From NCBI GenBank assembly GCA_002104945.1, contig MCFH01000047.1:248001-312000 (forward strand): a stretch of 64,000 nt of DNA, in the 5' to 3' direction. The position numbers were made by a program, and so were the translations under genes. Positions 21,874 through 41,809 of the stretch are shown here, piece by piece. The DNA comes from Piromyces finnis finn (Eukaryota; Fungi; Neocallimastigomycota). The notes under the pieces were generated by a model. The model did not search any database. It was given only the letters and a program-made list of their open reading frames with translations, and was not told where the DNA came from. The stretch's first letter is position 1. Each line of letters opens with the position of its first letter.

Positions 21874-23999
21874 TATCACTGATATATTATGTATGTTATA
21901 TTTTCATTAACTCATTTTATCTATTATTATTTAACCAATAAATAATAATAGATGATATATAACAATATTAATCAATTATATTATAAAAAGAAATACATTT
22001 GAAAAGACTTACATTTCATAGAATATAAATGATTTCAATTTTTTAATAGTATAAATATAAAATATGAAAACTTTATTTTTTTTAAAAAAGAATAAAATAT
22101 ATAATATAGAAAAAAAAGGTATTCATTTCATTATATTATATAATAAAAAAAAATAACAACTATAATATAATTGAATTGATTATATTTTATGTTAATAAAT
22201 CCATCTTTTTATTCTTCTTGTAAAAGATTAATAGGTATTTTAATATTTTTTTTTTTTTACATTATATTCTTAAGTAATATATATGATTATTATATATGTT
22301 TATAATATATTTTAAATAGTGTAGCTATAAATAAACTTTTTTACTTTTGTAAAGTAACTTTTAAAAATATTTTATAAAACAATTTTTATAAAAAAAAAAA
22401 ACAAGAATAGTAGATATTTAAATTTGGGATACATCAAAAAATTAACATCAAAATTAAAGAAGAAGAAGAAAAAAAGTAATTTTCTTTTTACTTATAGAAA
22501 GTTGTTAGATATCTTTTTTTTTTTGGCTGTTTATTTATTTATTTATTATTTTATAATTTTTATAACTTTTTTTTTTCTAATTACTTTTTACCATTATGTA
22601 TTAACTATATAATTCTTTTTAATAATCATTTTAAAATATTTAAATAGTTTTAAAAAAGAAATTTATAAAATATAATTTTTAATTAATATTATATTTTTTT
22701 TTTTAAAAGAATAGAGTTTATTATTAAGAAAAAAAAAGTCTTACTTTTTTGAACAATTTTTTTTATCATTTATTTATTTAATCAATTCTTTTATTAATAA
22801 CACTATATCTTTTTTTTTTTTTTTTTTATTCTTTTATTCTTTCATTTTTTTTTAATATTTATTCATATTCATGTTCATTTAATATTTTAAATCCGTTTAT
22901 TAGTAGTAAAAATCATGGTTTAGTAATATTATTTAATATGAAATATTACATTATATATATTATATGTTAAATAGATATTTCTTTCATTATCTTTGATGAT
23001 TAATATTTTATTAGTAATTGAATTTTATTTCATTACTAATTTAATTATTGATAAATCTACTTTAAGGTATACATGATAATAAAGTATTCCTCGAAAAGAA
23101 TAAATATCAATTATATTAATGATATATAATATAATTTTATAAAAGAAATTTTGAAAACTTTAATCATTATGTATTGTAGTAAAAAAAAGAATGCATTATA
23201 AAACTTTGTAAACTATTTTTTTTTTTTTTAAATTTTTATAATAAATCCATGATACTCTTTTTTTGTAATAATTATAATTATAAAAAGAAATTATAAATAT
23301 AATTATATAAAAATAACTAAAAAAACATTTATTATTTATCCATAAAAGTTTAAAACTTTTTTTATATTATTTACATTATTATTTTATTTTATTTTTTATT
23401 TTACAAAATATCGTTCATTATTATATCCTTTATTTCAACCTTTTTTTTTTTTTTTTTTTTAATTAAACTTTAATTTTTTAATACTAAAAAAAAATTGAAA
23501 TAATTAAAACTACCTATCCATACAAATATACACTAATATATACACACAAACAATAACAATACCTATAAAAAAGTAAAAAAAAAAATATTTACAGATTAAC
23601 AATTATTTAATGTTAATATAAAGGATATTTATATTTGACTACTACTTTAACAACCAATATTAATTTTATTCTTTTTTTATTGCTATTTTCTATTCTATTT
23701 TATATATATATATTTGTATATGGAAAATCTTTTTAAATATCAACACTGATTTATTAAATCCACTTTTTGGAAAAACATTTATTATTGAACTATTAAAATA
23801 ATAATGACAATAATAACATTAATAATAAAAAAAGATATATACACTTGGACTATTACTTTATATAAATATATATTGGATATTTTTTTTTTTTAAAAAAAAA
23901 GAATTAACAATAAAAATAATAAAATAAAATAATAATAAAAAATAAAAAAAAACTTTAAAATATATCAGTCAATTTTTTTAAAAAAAGTATAAAACTATT

Positions 24000-28517
<4,518 letters not shown>

Positions 28518-29396
28518 TGGAATGCATAGATTCATAGAATAAATAAATCAATATATATATATATATATATTGTTATGAATAATTAGGTAGAATAATTAAT
28601 CCTTAAAAAATATTTTATATTTAGATAATAGAATAAGTAAATTCTCTTTTTCTATTTAAAAATATATAATTTAAAAAAAAAATTCATATATATATATATA
28701 TATTTGTTAGAGTTATTCTCACCCTTTTCTATTTTTCTTTTTTTATATTTATAAAAGTATAAAATAATATATAGTATATATTTATATTTTTTATTCTTGT
28801 TAAAAGAAAAAAGAAATTTTACAAATAATTGTATATTTTGAAAAAAAAAAATCTTTTTTTTTTTTTTGTTTTGAAATTAATCATATATAGAGGTAATATA
28901 GAGGTAATATAGAGAGATTTGTAATTTATTAATTTAATTTACTTCCTCCTCTTTCACTTTCTTTTACTTTTCATTTTCATATAAAAAATAATATTTATAT
29001 ATATTAATATATTTTTATATAAATAGTATTGAAATATTAAGAATTATTTATATATCTATTTTTTTTCTTTCTTTTTTTTTTTTTTTTTTTACTTTAATAA
29101 ATAAATAATAAATAAATAAAATATTGATATTTTTAAAAAAAAGAAGCAACGAACAATCCACTTTTATTCTTATTTCTAATATTACACATTAAAAGAAACC
29201 AAAATAAAAAGTTTTTTTTATTATTTTTAATATTATTTTAATATTTATGATGATAATTATTACATTATTTTTTTTGATAATTTTACAGGAAAAAAAAAAG
29301 TTATGATAATGGTATGTAACTTTTTTTTTTTTTTTAAAAATAAATTTAAAATAGATTTATAGTTTAAGACTTATTTTAATGTTAAAATTAATTTTT

Positions 29397-31114
29397 TTAT
29401 TTAAAACCTCTCCATGAAACTTCTCTAATACCAGAGAAAGCACTTTTTAAAGCTCTTGGGTTTGCCCATGCAGCAGATATATAATCATCATCTTCATTTT
29501 CTTCTAATTTCTATATTTACAAAAAAAAAAAAAAATTAAAAAAAAAAAGAAAGAATAATTAATATATTGAATTATTTTATATTAAATGAATATTATAAAT
29601 AATCTTTAATATCACTATATATATATTAAATTATTTTGTATATAATGAAATTTAATATTTATTATCATTATACAATAATAATGATAATTATAAAAAAATA
29701 AACAAACCTTTTGTTCTTCTTGTTTTCTATAATAATAAGCCATTAAGTTCTTTTGTTCTTGTTCACTTAATGGAGCTTCTCTAACTGGTGCTCCCTGACC
29801 AGCTTTTTGTAATTTAGCAATAATTTTGGTCTTTTCATTTCTACCCAAATAATCTGAAAGTTTCTTGTCTTTTTTTAATTCTTTACCAGCCCACCATAAT
29901 GTTGTGGTTTTTGGGTCTAAAACTTCTTTTCCATCCTATTTTTTTTATATTAGGAATAATTATAAAAAAAAATAGGTATTACATTTATTATTATTAATTA
30001 TTATTATTTTAAATTATTGTTTTTTTTATTATTATTATTATTATTATTTTATTTTTTGATTATAAAATATATATTTTATTAAATAATAAATAATTAGTAT
30101 TTAGAAATCGTTTATATAATTATAATAGCAATAACATAAAATATATATTATATTTACTGCAGATCCAGAAAGGTCTTCATTATCATCAATAATTTCTTGA
30201 ACAGGATCAAATGTTGGAATACCCATTGGATAAGCAATCATAACAGCTCCTTTAACAGTTTGAATAGCTTCTTCTAATTCTTTTTCAGTAATAAATATTT
30301 TTTGATCTACTTTATCTTTTGATATTAATTGTTCAGCATCATCTAATGCTTTTTCAATAATTTTAGCAGTTTCTGGAATTGGTGCTATATTTTTAATATT
30401 TTTAATCCATTCATAAATATATATATATATATATATAAAACAATTATAATTATTATTAATATATAATAAATATTTATATTTATTCTCTTTTTCTCCTTCT
30501 TTTTTTTTTATTTATTGATATAATTATTATTCTATAATTTTAGTTTTATTATTCATTCAATTTACCTTCTCCATTTCTTCTACCCGTTGGGTCTGGTCTA
30601 TAAGCAACTTGGAATCCTCTAGAATTAGTTATTATTTTAACTTCTTCAGCCTCATTTGATTTTTTTTGTTTATCAAGATTATTTATTTGTTCTTCTGTTA
30701 AACCATGTTGATCATATGGTTTTAATGGTCCATACAAAACCAAGTCTCTACCAGCTATGATATAAAGTTTTTCATTTTATAATGTTAGGAATGATATATT
30801 GTTATGATAATAGAGTAAAAAGAAATAAAAATTTTATTTTTATTAGTAAAAATATAATATAAATTTAAAAAAAATAGTTGCTTTTAATTATATATAAATA
30901 TATATTATTTGTTAAAACACCATTTTCTTCTTTTAAAATTTATAATAATATAAACTAGTTTTTTTTTTTTTATACCTTGAACAAGTCTCTTTACTCTATT
31001 TATTAAATTGTATCTATTAACTAAAACAGGAACTAATTCTGAAATAGGAGTTGATACTAAATTTTCATATAAAAACATAGATTTTTCATTTCTTTTAACA
31101 TGAATGACAACCAT
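29397..31114 (-). CDS. CFAP298: Cilia- and flagella-associated protein 298 (C21orf59/Kurly); 5 exons
   Basis: MVVIHVKR..., GRRNG, GAVMIAYPMG, LWWAGKEL, GRNEKTKIIAKLQKAGQGAPVRE, YYYRKQEEQKKLEENEDDDY, WANPRALKSAFSG. Confidence 0.93.
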
Positions 31115-31777
31115 TTTTGTATATATATAATGTTTTTTATACTCTCTCTGTTAAATATTATTTTTAAATATATTATAATTAATAGATGTTTTTTTTTGTT
31201 ACAAGTAAGAATTTATTTTTTTAAATAAAATAATAAATTAATTTTTTTAATATTTTTTTTTATAAATGAAAATTTAATATAAAATTTAATTTAAATAATT
31301 AAATTTTAAAAATTTTAAATTTTAATTATTTTTAAAAGTTAATGAAAATAAAGAAAAGGTAAAAAGTACAAATGAATGAATGAAAAAGAAATGAATTTTC
31401 ATGTGTTTTAACATAAAAAAAGTAAAGTTTACATAAATAGTAGTATAGTTTTCATTTTTATTTTTAGTATAAAATAAAGTTTGACATCAAAATGAAAAAA
31501 CCTTAAAGCATTTTAAAAATTGTTTACACTTTTATTGTTTGAAAAAATATTTTGTTTTCAAACCTTGTTATTTATATAGGAATATTATAAATTAAACAAA
31601 AAAAAAAAAAAAAAAAAAAAGAAATTAGAAAAAACTAGTTTATATTATTAATATATATATTTGTCAATTATAATTTGTAATTACTAAAAAAAACTATTTT
31701 ATTATTTCCAAAGGAATATTTTAAACAAAATAAAAAAAAAAAAAAGAAACTAAAATTTTTAATAATAATAAATAAAA

Positions 31778-32503
31778 ATGCCACTATTTAAATGTATAGG
31801 AAGGTAAATATAATAAAGAATATAAAATATTTACTTATACTATCATTTATTACTATTATTTTTTTTTCTAAATATTATTATTGACAATTTGACAATAAAT
31901 GATCATTATTATAATTATTAAATATAATAATAATAATAATAATAATAAAAAAAGTAGTCATCCAAAGGAACCAAAGTTCACTTATTTTGATAAACCAAGT
32001 CAACCAATACATATTAAACTTGGTAATATATCTGCAGTTTATTCCAATAAAAAATGGAAATTAGGTAAATTAATTTTTTAATTCTTTTTTTTTTTTTTAT
32101 TATAAATACATATTCATTTCTTTTTTATAAATAATTCAATATATTCATCTTTTTTTTTTTTTTTAATGATATCGAAAAAGAAGATAATAATAATGATGAT
32201 ACCGAGAATTATCATGATGATTTTGATAAAGATAAACTAAAAAAATTATATAATAAAAAACTTTTAAAAAGAAATGAGGAATTAGAAAATGAAAATCAAC
32301 AACTTAAATGGAAGATTGAACTACTTTTATCAAAAGTAATAAAAATAAAATAATAATAATATTAATATTTTAAACTTTTTTTTTTTTAAAACATACATTT
32401 TAATGATCCTTTTTTTTTTTTTATTTTATTTTATTTCCTAATATAAATTGAATAGCTTGCAGAGGCAAAATACGAAATAGAACAATTACAAGATATTGAT
32501 TAA
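31778..32503 (+). CDS. CBY1: Chibby-family small coiled-coil protein (basal body/transition fibre); 4 exons
   Basis: Spliced MPLFKCIGR-SHPKEPK...PIHIKLGNISAVYSNKKW...LKRNEELENENQQLKWKIELLLSKLAEAKYEIEQL resembles Chibby (PTMNLAGQSLKFENGQW; RNQQLEEENNLLRLKVDILLDMLSE), recalled from memory. Confidence 0.7.
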
Positions 32504-33128
32504 TAATTCATCATCTTATTCAATTTTCTTTTTACATCTTTGCTCTTTTTTTTTTTTTTTTCTTTTATTATTATTATTATTATTTCTATTCTATTATATA
32601 TACCCAAAACTATAAAACTTTTAAAGGTCTAAAGAATTCAATTATAACAATTAATATAAACAATAACAAAAAAGTATTTTTTAATATTAATAATAACATT
32701 ATTATTCATTTTACAATGGATATAAAAAAAAATAAAGTAGATAAAATTGAAAATAAATGTATTTTTTCTTCTTTTTTACCACTACTAAACCATGATTATG
32801 AGCATTAATTTAAATCAAAATAAAATTTAAAATTTACCATTTGAATTACTTTTAAATTTTGTTTTTTCAATTGCTACTTTGGGAAATATTTTTATTAAAA
32901 AATAAATATGATATAGGGATGTTAATTTCGATATTTAAAAAGGATATATTAATAAAATTAAAAAAAAAAAAAATAAAGTCTTTTTTTTTTTTTTTTTTAC
33001 TTTTATATAAAGTTTAATTTTATATTTTGATAATACTATTATTGATATAAAAATATTTTACTCTAGAACTAATGATAGAATTCAATGAATAAGAAATAGT
33101 TAATATTTATCTATTTTTTTTTCTCCTT

Positions 33129-35557
33129 TTAAAAAAGATTTATTACATCTTCTTTTTTTATTGAATTTAATTCTTCTTCTTTTTCATTATTATTTTCTGA
33201 ATTTAAGAGTTTTGATAATTTTACTGCTTTTCTACTAGTTCGTATTTTTGATTTATCAAAACCGATAACTTGAAGTCCTTCCATACTTGTTGCTCTAGAA
33301 AGTGCTACATATGCTTGTCCACATTCAAATATTTTTGAGAGATCAACTCTAACAAAATTTAATGTTTGTCCTTGCGATTTATGAATGGAAAGTGCCCATG
33401 CTAAAATTAATGGAACCTTTATATAAATTTGGTAAATTATTATCATTATTTATTATATATATGAAATTTAACAATGAATTATTTATTTTTGTTATTATAT
33501 ATGAATATCTATTAAAATTATAATTATAATCATTATTTATATATATGTACTATAAAGGTATATAAGAAAATAATTTAATAGGATGATTATGTTAATTATA
33601 AATACCTGAACTCTTTTAGCCATAATACTTTTAGCATTTTCACTTGTTTTTGGTAATTCACTGACCCATTCTTGAGGTGTTATAATTTCTAAACGTCGAC
33701 TTTCAGGGAAAAATACAATTGGAAATCCTTTATCAGAATATCCTTTTACAATTCCTAAACTTCCATTAATTAATGTATTATCTAGATTTTTGATTAGAGA
33801 AACTTGAGATTCTAATTTTAATTCTAATACTTCGGGTGCTGGACAATTTTTTTTAACTTGTTCTAAAAGTTTTGGATCACCTATATCACAGGCATGATAA
33901 AATTTGGATTCACTTTTTAAAAGAACTAATCTTTTTTCATTTTCTCTTTTAACTTCTGCACGTAGTGGGTATCTTTATGATTTATTTATTTATATTTTAT
34001 TATTACTACCAGTATTATTATTATTTTAAATAGAAATAAAAAATAAAATAATAAAAAATTGTATATTTACAAATAAGTTGGAGCAATTCCTGGTGGACAT
34101 ACAATTTCTGTATATAAATGTGGAAAGAATTTCAAATTTTATAAACAATTTTTTTAATAAAATATATTAAGCATATAAAATGTAAAAAAAAAAAAAAAAA
34201 AAATCATACCTCTTTCTAAAGATTTAATTTCTCTTTCAGTTTCTGGTGAAATGTTACCATAACGAATTTCATTTAAAATCTAACAAAAAAAAAAAAATAT
34301 TAATAAAGATTTACAACAATTACATAAATCAAGAAAATTTCAGTGAAAAATATAATTACTTTTTTAAATTTAAAATCACTTTGTCTATAGATATCTGTTA
34401 ATTCTATCTTTTCTTCAAATATTGAATCCCATGAATTTGATTCTGAAATATATTGATAAATGAATATATATGTATTTGTATATTTGTAAATGATTAATTA
34501 GCTTTTTTTTTTTTTTTTAAATAAATTAATACTATATATATAGTAACTTTTGTATTTACCAAAACATAATTTATCACTATTAACTGGTGGTAATTGATAA
34601 AAGTCTCCAGTTGCTATAACCTTATTATTTTAATTTGAAATGAGAATTGACTTTAAAATGAAATTTGATTGTTAAAAAAAAAAAAAAAGGATAATATTCT
34701 ATTTACTTGAATTCCACCAAAAGGTTTATCACTTTTCCTAACATATCTTGCAATGGCTTCAACTTTATCAAAAAAATCTGGGTCAATCATTGATACTTTT
34801 TTTTTTTTATTTTTAAAAAAGTTAATTACATATTTACAATTTTTTATTTTTATTATTTTTTTTAAGAAATTTAAATTTTTAAAAGAATATTATATTACCT
34901 TCATCAATAATTAAAATTTTGGTATTATTCCAACGAGTTTTTGCACCATTATTTCTTATAATTTTCTTCTTTAATATCTCCAAACTTTCTTTTGCAAGTC
35001 CTAAACCGAGAAATGAATGAAGGGTACAACCACTAATATTAATTGCAGCAATACCTGTTGATGCTTTTTTTTTTTTTTTTTGAAAAAAAAATTTACTGAA
35101 TTAATTTTTAAATATATAAAAAGATATTATTATAAAACATTTCTATATATATATATATATATATACCTGTAATACCAATATCTTTCTATTTATTTTTATT
35201 TTTATTTTAATAGTAATAATTACAAAATAATAATAAAAATAAGAAAAAAAATTAAAAAAAAAGTATTTTTAAAAAAATTTATACTTAAAAAAATTATAAA
35301 CTTACATATGAATAAATAGATTTTAATCTATTTATTATATAATTTAATAAAAGTGATTTTCCTGTTCCAGCTGCACCTGTAAAAAATACACTTTTTCCAT
35401 TTAATACACTATTCAATACTCTTTTTTGTTTTTCTGACAATTCAATTTTCATGGATTTTTGTGGTGGTGGTGTAGAAAATTTTATTTTTGTTTCAATATT
35501 ATTTTCATTATTCCCTTCTTCATTAAAAAACTTTCTTTTCCTTTCATTAACACTCAT
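33129..35557 (-). CDS. PIF1: PIF1-family 5'-3' DNA helicase; about 10 exons
   Basis: [75 protein letters not shown]. Compact and intron-rich, with no Rep domain nearby, so not a Helitron. Confidence 0.94.
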
Positions 35558-36339
35558 TATATCCTTAAGCTTTAGATTTAATACAAAATAAATTGAACTT
35601 TTTTAAAGAAATAAAAAGGTTTTAACTTGTACTTTAAAAGTTATCGTTTTTTTTTTTTTTAAAAATAATTAATCAAAATAACTTAACCAATAAAATCTAA
35701 TAATTTTAATTTTTATAAAAATTTATTAAAAATAATATTTTTTGTAAAAATTAAAGAATAAATTTAAAAAAAAAAAAAAAAAACCTTCAATCGAAATTAC
35801 TTTTTATTGAAACAAAATATTATAGTACAATTGAAAGGAAAGGTATATATACTTTATTTTGCATGAAAATTCAAAATCAAAAATTTACGTAATAAAATCA
35901 TTTTTAAATAGTATCATTATGGACAATGTACTAGAGTAAAATTCATTCCAATGAAAATGCTAAGCAGAAAATTATATTAAATTTTACCTATAATTCTTAT
36001 CTGTTTGAATTGTTATTTAAACATAAAACAATTTTATAATGTCTTTAAATGGTTTTTATTATAGTTTTTGCAATAATGAAGTAAAATAAAGTATTATTCA
36101 TGTTTATCAGAGGAATGACCATTTTAAATAATATAATGAGAAAAAAAAATTAATGAAATTTAAAATTTAAGAAAATTTGATTTACTTATCCTTTTTATTA
36201 TTATTCCTTCTTTGTAATAAACTGTACCATTTTATTTTAATATATGTATATATATAAAGGATAAACATTAATCCGTGGAATTATATTCTCTGCAGTACTA
36301 TAAAATTTATTCCATTTAACATTTTTAATATATAAAGAC

Positions 36340-39300
36340 ATGTCGTCATTTCATCAACCAACATTATTGTAAGTTTATATTTTCTTATAAAGTGTTTTTA
36401 TTTAAATACTGTATTGTAGTTGATATTCAATATTTTTTATTGCTTTAAAATTATGATAAAAATTGAAAACAACAACAACAACATATATATATATATATTG
36501 AAATTTTAGTTCATTTTTAAATGGTGGAAATAAGAAAAATAATAAGAAAAAAGACAATGAATGTAATAATAATGAAAAAAAACCCAATGCCACTACTTCA
36601 AAAGAAGAAACAGGTTTAAAAAGAAAAATAATTGATAAAAACAAGGAAGAAGGTATTGATTGAATATTATGTTAATGTTACTTTCTATAATGAAAAAAAT
36701 GTAATATTGACCAACTAATTTGTATTATTAAAAATTATTATTATTATTATTATTATTATTTCCAATATAATATTTCTTTAAGAACTTAATGAAAGTAATA
36801 ATAAGAATGTAAAAAAAACTAATGACACTTCTTTAAAAGAGGAAATAAATTTAAAGAAAAGAAAGATTATTAATGATGATAATGAAGAAAAAGAAGGTAA
36901 TGATTATTATATTGCTATTTCTTTTTGTATTTATAACGAAATATTTATAAGCAACCAATTTATTTATATTTTTAATAAAATTATTTTCTTTTTTTATTTA
37001 ACATCTTATTTCCTGAAGTATTTAAGAAACCAAAATCTACTGTAAATTATATATTTAAAATTATTATCAATTATATAGTATAATATTATATTGTTACCTA
37101 TGAATGTTTAATTTTTAATTATTGTTTTAACCTCTTACATATAATATACAATAAAAATTTAATAGGATACTTCAATGGATATAGGTATAACATATATATA
37201 ATATATAAAAAAAAAATTTAATTATATAATTATATAATTAATTATTTGTGTATATTTTATAAAAATAAAAATATATATAAAGATGAAAATACTAATTCAC
37301 AAGATAGTACTAAAATAAAAAAAGCTGAAAAGAAAACGTATATATCTGATAAATTATTCATATTATATTAATTATATATTATAATATGTTTCTTTAATCT
37401 AAAATATCCATTAATTGAAAATATTAAATCTAAAAAAAAAAAAGTTTAACGATATTTGGTTCACAAGATTCAGAATATCAAGATTTTAATTGGAAGGCTG
37501 GTGAACCGTAAATATATATATATATGATATTGTTTATTATTACATTTGATAGTAAAATTAAATTATGAATTTTCTGATTAATTCTTATTCTATTTTTTTT
37601 TATGATAACAATTTTAAAATATATTAATATAAAATATTCGCTTTCAATTAGTGTTCCTTATGCTGTATTATGTAAAACATTTGAGAATATTGAAAATACA
37701 ACTAAAAGAATTAAAATTCAAGACTATCTTACAAAATTATTAGTAGCCATCATTAAACTTTCTCCTAATAATTTATTAGAAACCATCTACTTATGTCTTA
37801 ATAGAGTAAATATAATATTATTAATATAAAAGTAAAATAGTAAATAGTAAATAATGAGCTATTAGAAATTTTGCAGCAATAATAATAACAAGAACCACTT
37901 TTTTTTTTCTTTTTTTTTTTTTTAGATATGTCCAGAATATGAAGGTTTGGAATTAGGTATTGGTGAAACTATATTAATTAAAGCTATTGGTGAAGCTACT
38001 GGTAGATCAGCAAAGTCAATTAAAACAGATATAGAGAAACAAGGTGATCTTGGAAATGTTGCCCAAGTAAGTATTATTATAATGATTTTTTTTTATTCTC
38101 TAATTAAAATTAATATATATATATTTAATGAACGGCTATTTAAAAATTAATAAAAGATGAGTAAAAGTAATCAAAAAACTTTATTTAAACCAAAACCATT
38201 AACAGTTCCAGCTGTTTTTAAAGGTTTAAAGGAAATTGCAATGTTCACGGGAAATCAAGTAATTATTAGAAAGATATTAAATAAATTAATGAAAACAAAA
38301 AAAACTATATCTTGACTAATTAAAATATTATTATATCTTTTAGTCTCAAACAAGAAAGATCAATAAAATTAAAGGTCTATTAATTGCATGTAACGGAAAT
38401 GAACCAAAATATTTAATTAGGTCAGTGGAAAATTAAAAATTTTATTTTATTTTTAATTTTAAATATTCTAAAGCAACAAAATATTTATGATATTTATATA
38501 CTTATATTAATATTAATAATAATTTAAATATGCTGTTAATTTTCTAGATCTTTAGAAGGTAAATTAAGAATCGGTTTAGCAGAACAAACGGTATTAATGT
38601 CCATTGGTCAAGCTATAGTATTAAGTGAAAATATGGGTATGTAGTATAACATTAGTATTAGTAGTTAAACCATAGATATATTTTTAAATAATTTAAAATT
38701 ATTTTTTTTTTAATATTTAAAATAATTTTTTTTTTTTTCTTTGGGGGGGGGGACAGAAAAAAGAAAGTCAAAAGAAAGATTAGAATCTGAAATAACTAAA
38801 GCAATTGAAACAATAAAATCAATTTATAGTGAATTACCATCATATGATATCATTATACCAGCATTATTAGAAAATGGAATTCAAAACTTAAGCAGTATTT
38901 GTAAATTAACGCCAGGTAATATTACATTCGAAATAATAGTATAATTTTATTGAATAATATTTTAAAAAGTATTAAATTATTTGAAATATACATACATAAA
39001 AAAGGTATACCATTAAAGCCTATGTTAGCTCATCCAACAAAAAGTCTTACAGAAGTCTTGAATAGATTTGAAAATTTAACCTTTACATGTGAATATAAAT
39101 ATGATGGTGAAAGAGCTCAAGTAAAATTTATTATTTATTTGCTTTTATTAAATTTTAATATGTAAAATTATAAATTTATAACTTTTTTTTTTTCCTTCAT
39201 AAATTAGATTCACAAATTAGAAAATGGTGAATGTAGAATTTATAGTAGAAATATGGAAAATCTTTCTAATAAATATCCAGATATTGTTGAAAGAATACCA

Positions 39301-40560
39301 AGAGTAATAAATTATTTTAATATTACATATTGTATATAATTAAAAAGTAAAATACATCATAAATATTAATATATATTTTTATATATAATGTTTTTATTTA
39401 TAATAGATTGCCAAGAATGACGTCACTTCTTTTGTATTAGATTGTGAAGCTGTTGCATGGGATAAAGAAAATAAATGTATTTTACCTTTCCAAGTATTAT
39501 CAACTAGAAAGAGAAAGGTAAATGCCAATACCTTTTATATATTTGTTAAAATTATATTTAATAACAATGTTATAAATATGATATTATTAATAATAGAATG
39601 TTGAAGCAGGTGATATTTCCGTTCAAGTTTGTGTATTTGCTTTTGATTGCTTATATCTTAATGGAAAGGTATAAAAAAAATAATAATTAAATATATATAT
39701 ATATATTAAAAATTTTTTTATGTATATTTTTATTTATTTATTATTATTCAATGATAAAGTCTCTTATAAAAAAGACGTTCAAAGAAAGAAGAGAAGCTCT
39801 TCACAATAGTTTTACACCTATTGAAGGAGAATTTACTTTTGCAAAGAATGTTAATGCTAATAATGTTGATGAAATTCAAACCTTCCTTGAACAAAGTGTA
39901 AATGATTCATGTGAAGGTTTAATGATTAAAACATTAGAAGTAGATTCATCCTATGAACCTTCAAAAAGATCACGTAATTGGTTAAAGGTTAAGAAAGATT
40001 ATATTTCAGGTGGTATTGGTGATAGTTTAGATTTAGTTGTTATTGGAGCTTATACTGGACGTGGTAAAAGAACAGGTTCTTATGGTGGATATTTATTAGC
40101 ATGCTATGATAATGAAAATGAAGAATATCAAAGTATTTGTAAGGTAATTTAATTTTAGAAGGGCAAGAAAAAAAAAATAGAAAAAATTATAAATATAAAT
40201 ATATATGGTTATTATTATATTAATAAAAATTAAATATTATTGTAATATTAATTTGTAATTTAATGAAACTAAAGATTGGTACAGGTTTTTCAGATGAACA
40301 ATTAGAAAAGCACACAGAGTTCTTTAAACAGCACATAATAACTAAACCAAAACCATATTACCGTGTAGGTGATGCTAAGCCAGATATTTGGTTTGATGCT
40401 GTTCAAGTAATACTAATATATTTATTTAATATAAGATCATCTACATTTACGATTTGAATCAAATAGTAATACAAAAAAAAATTTTTTAAAATGAATAGGT
40501 ATGGGAAGTGAAATGTGCCGATTTATCTATTTCACCTGTTCATCAAGCTGCTGTTGGTTT

Positions 40561-40603
<43 letters not shown>

Positions 40604-40868
40604 AAATATATAATTATTGGAATAATCAAAAAAGAAATTATTGAAAATTAATATAATTTAAATTTTTATTGATTTATTTTAAAAGGTGGATCCAGTAAAA
40701 GGTATATCCTTACGTTTCCCACGTTTCCTAAGAATTCGTGATGATAAGACACCAGAAATGGCTACAACTTCCGAACAAGTTGCTGATATGTATAATCAAC
40801 AAGTTGTTATTTCTAAAAATAATGCAGCTAGTCAAAGTGGTGGTGTTGATGATGATTTTGAATATTAA
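36340..40868 (+). CDS. LIG1: DNA ligase I (CDC9-like); many exons
   Basis: N-terminal PIP-like [27 protein letters not shown] (catalytic KxDG), [37 protein letters not shown]. Confidence 0.96.
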
Positions 40869-40929
40869 AATGAAAATAGTTTAAAAAAAAAAAAATATCT
40901 ATTATTTATATTACCTATATATTCCCCCC

Positions 40930-40960
<31 letters not shown>

Positions 40961-41350
40961 ATAAATAATAGAAAGTTCATTTACTAATCAAATTTATTTT
41001 ATACCTTTTTTAATAGTTAAATTTAATATAATTTAAAAATTATAAAATATTTTTTAAATAAAACCGACAAAAATAAAAAATAAAAAAAAAAAAAGACAAA
41101 ATAAAGTAAAATAAAAATAATATAAAATATATATATATAAATATAAATTTATATTTTCATTCATAAAATTAAATAGAAAAGTATCAACAAAGGATTGACG
41201 ATCCATTAAATACTTATTATTTCAAAAATTATCTTTCTTTTTTTCTTTTTATTTATTTATATTGATAATTATATTAAATTATTTGAAGAGAAAAAAATTA
41301 TTATTAATGACAGCTATTCTATATAATTTATTTTAAATTTACAGTAAATT

Positions 41351-41390
<40 letters not shown>

Positions 41391-41809
41391 TTATAGTAAT
41401 GAATTTATAATCTTTTTAATTCTTTTTTTTTTATTATTATTATTATTTTATTTTTAATAATAAAATTAAAAAAAAAAAAAGTTATTTATATATATATATT
41501 TAAAATGTATATATTCTATTTGATTATTATTATTATTTATTATTTATATTTCCTTTTTTTTTTTATTATTAATAGGGTTTAAATAATATTAATGATTTTG
41601 ATATAATAATTATTAAATCATTGTTAGTTTTTTTTTAACTATCTATTTCTATTTAATAATAACTATATTAATGTCTTTTATATCTAAATATATATAAATA
41701 TTAATGTGTACCATATCATCATTATTTATATATGCATACATACATACATACATATTATATATATATATATTAGGATTTATCAGCATTCAGATAATATTAA
41801 TAAATTTTA

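Noticed and set aside
33129-35557. PIF1 as part of a Helitron
   Set aside because: It is intron-rich, has no HUH/Rep domain or Helitron termini, and sits among housekeeping genes.
35910-36050. SIIMDNV, resembling the second Asp motif of Tc1/IS630 transposases
   Set aside because: It is followed immediately by a stop, with no convincing neighbouring motifs or terminal inverted repeats.
38743-38752. G10 run in a LIG1 intron and the MGGGTEK ORF start
   Set aside because: The exon splices in frame at the CAG ending 38756. The isolated G-run is most likely a base-calling artefact.
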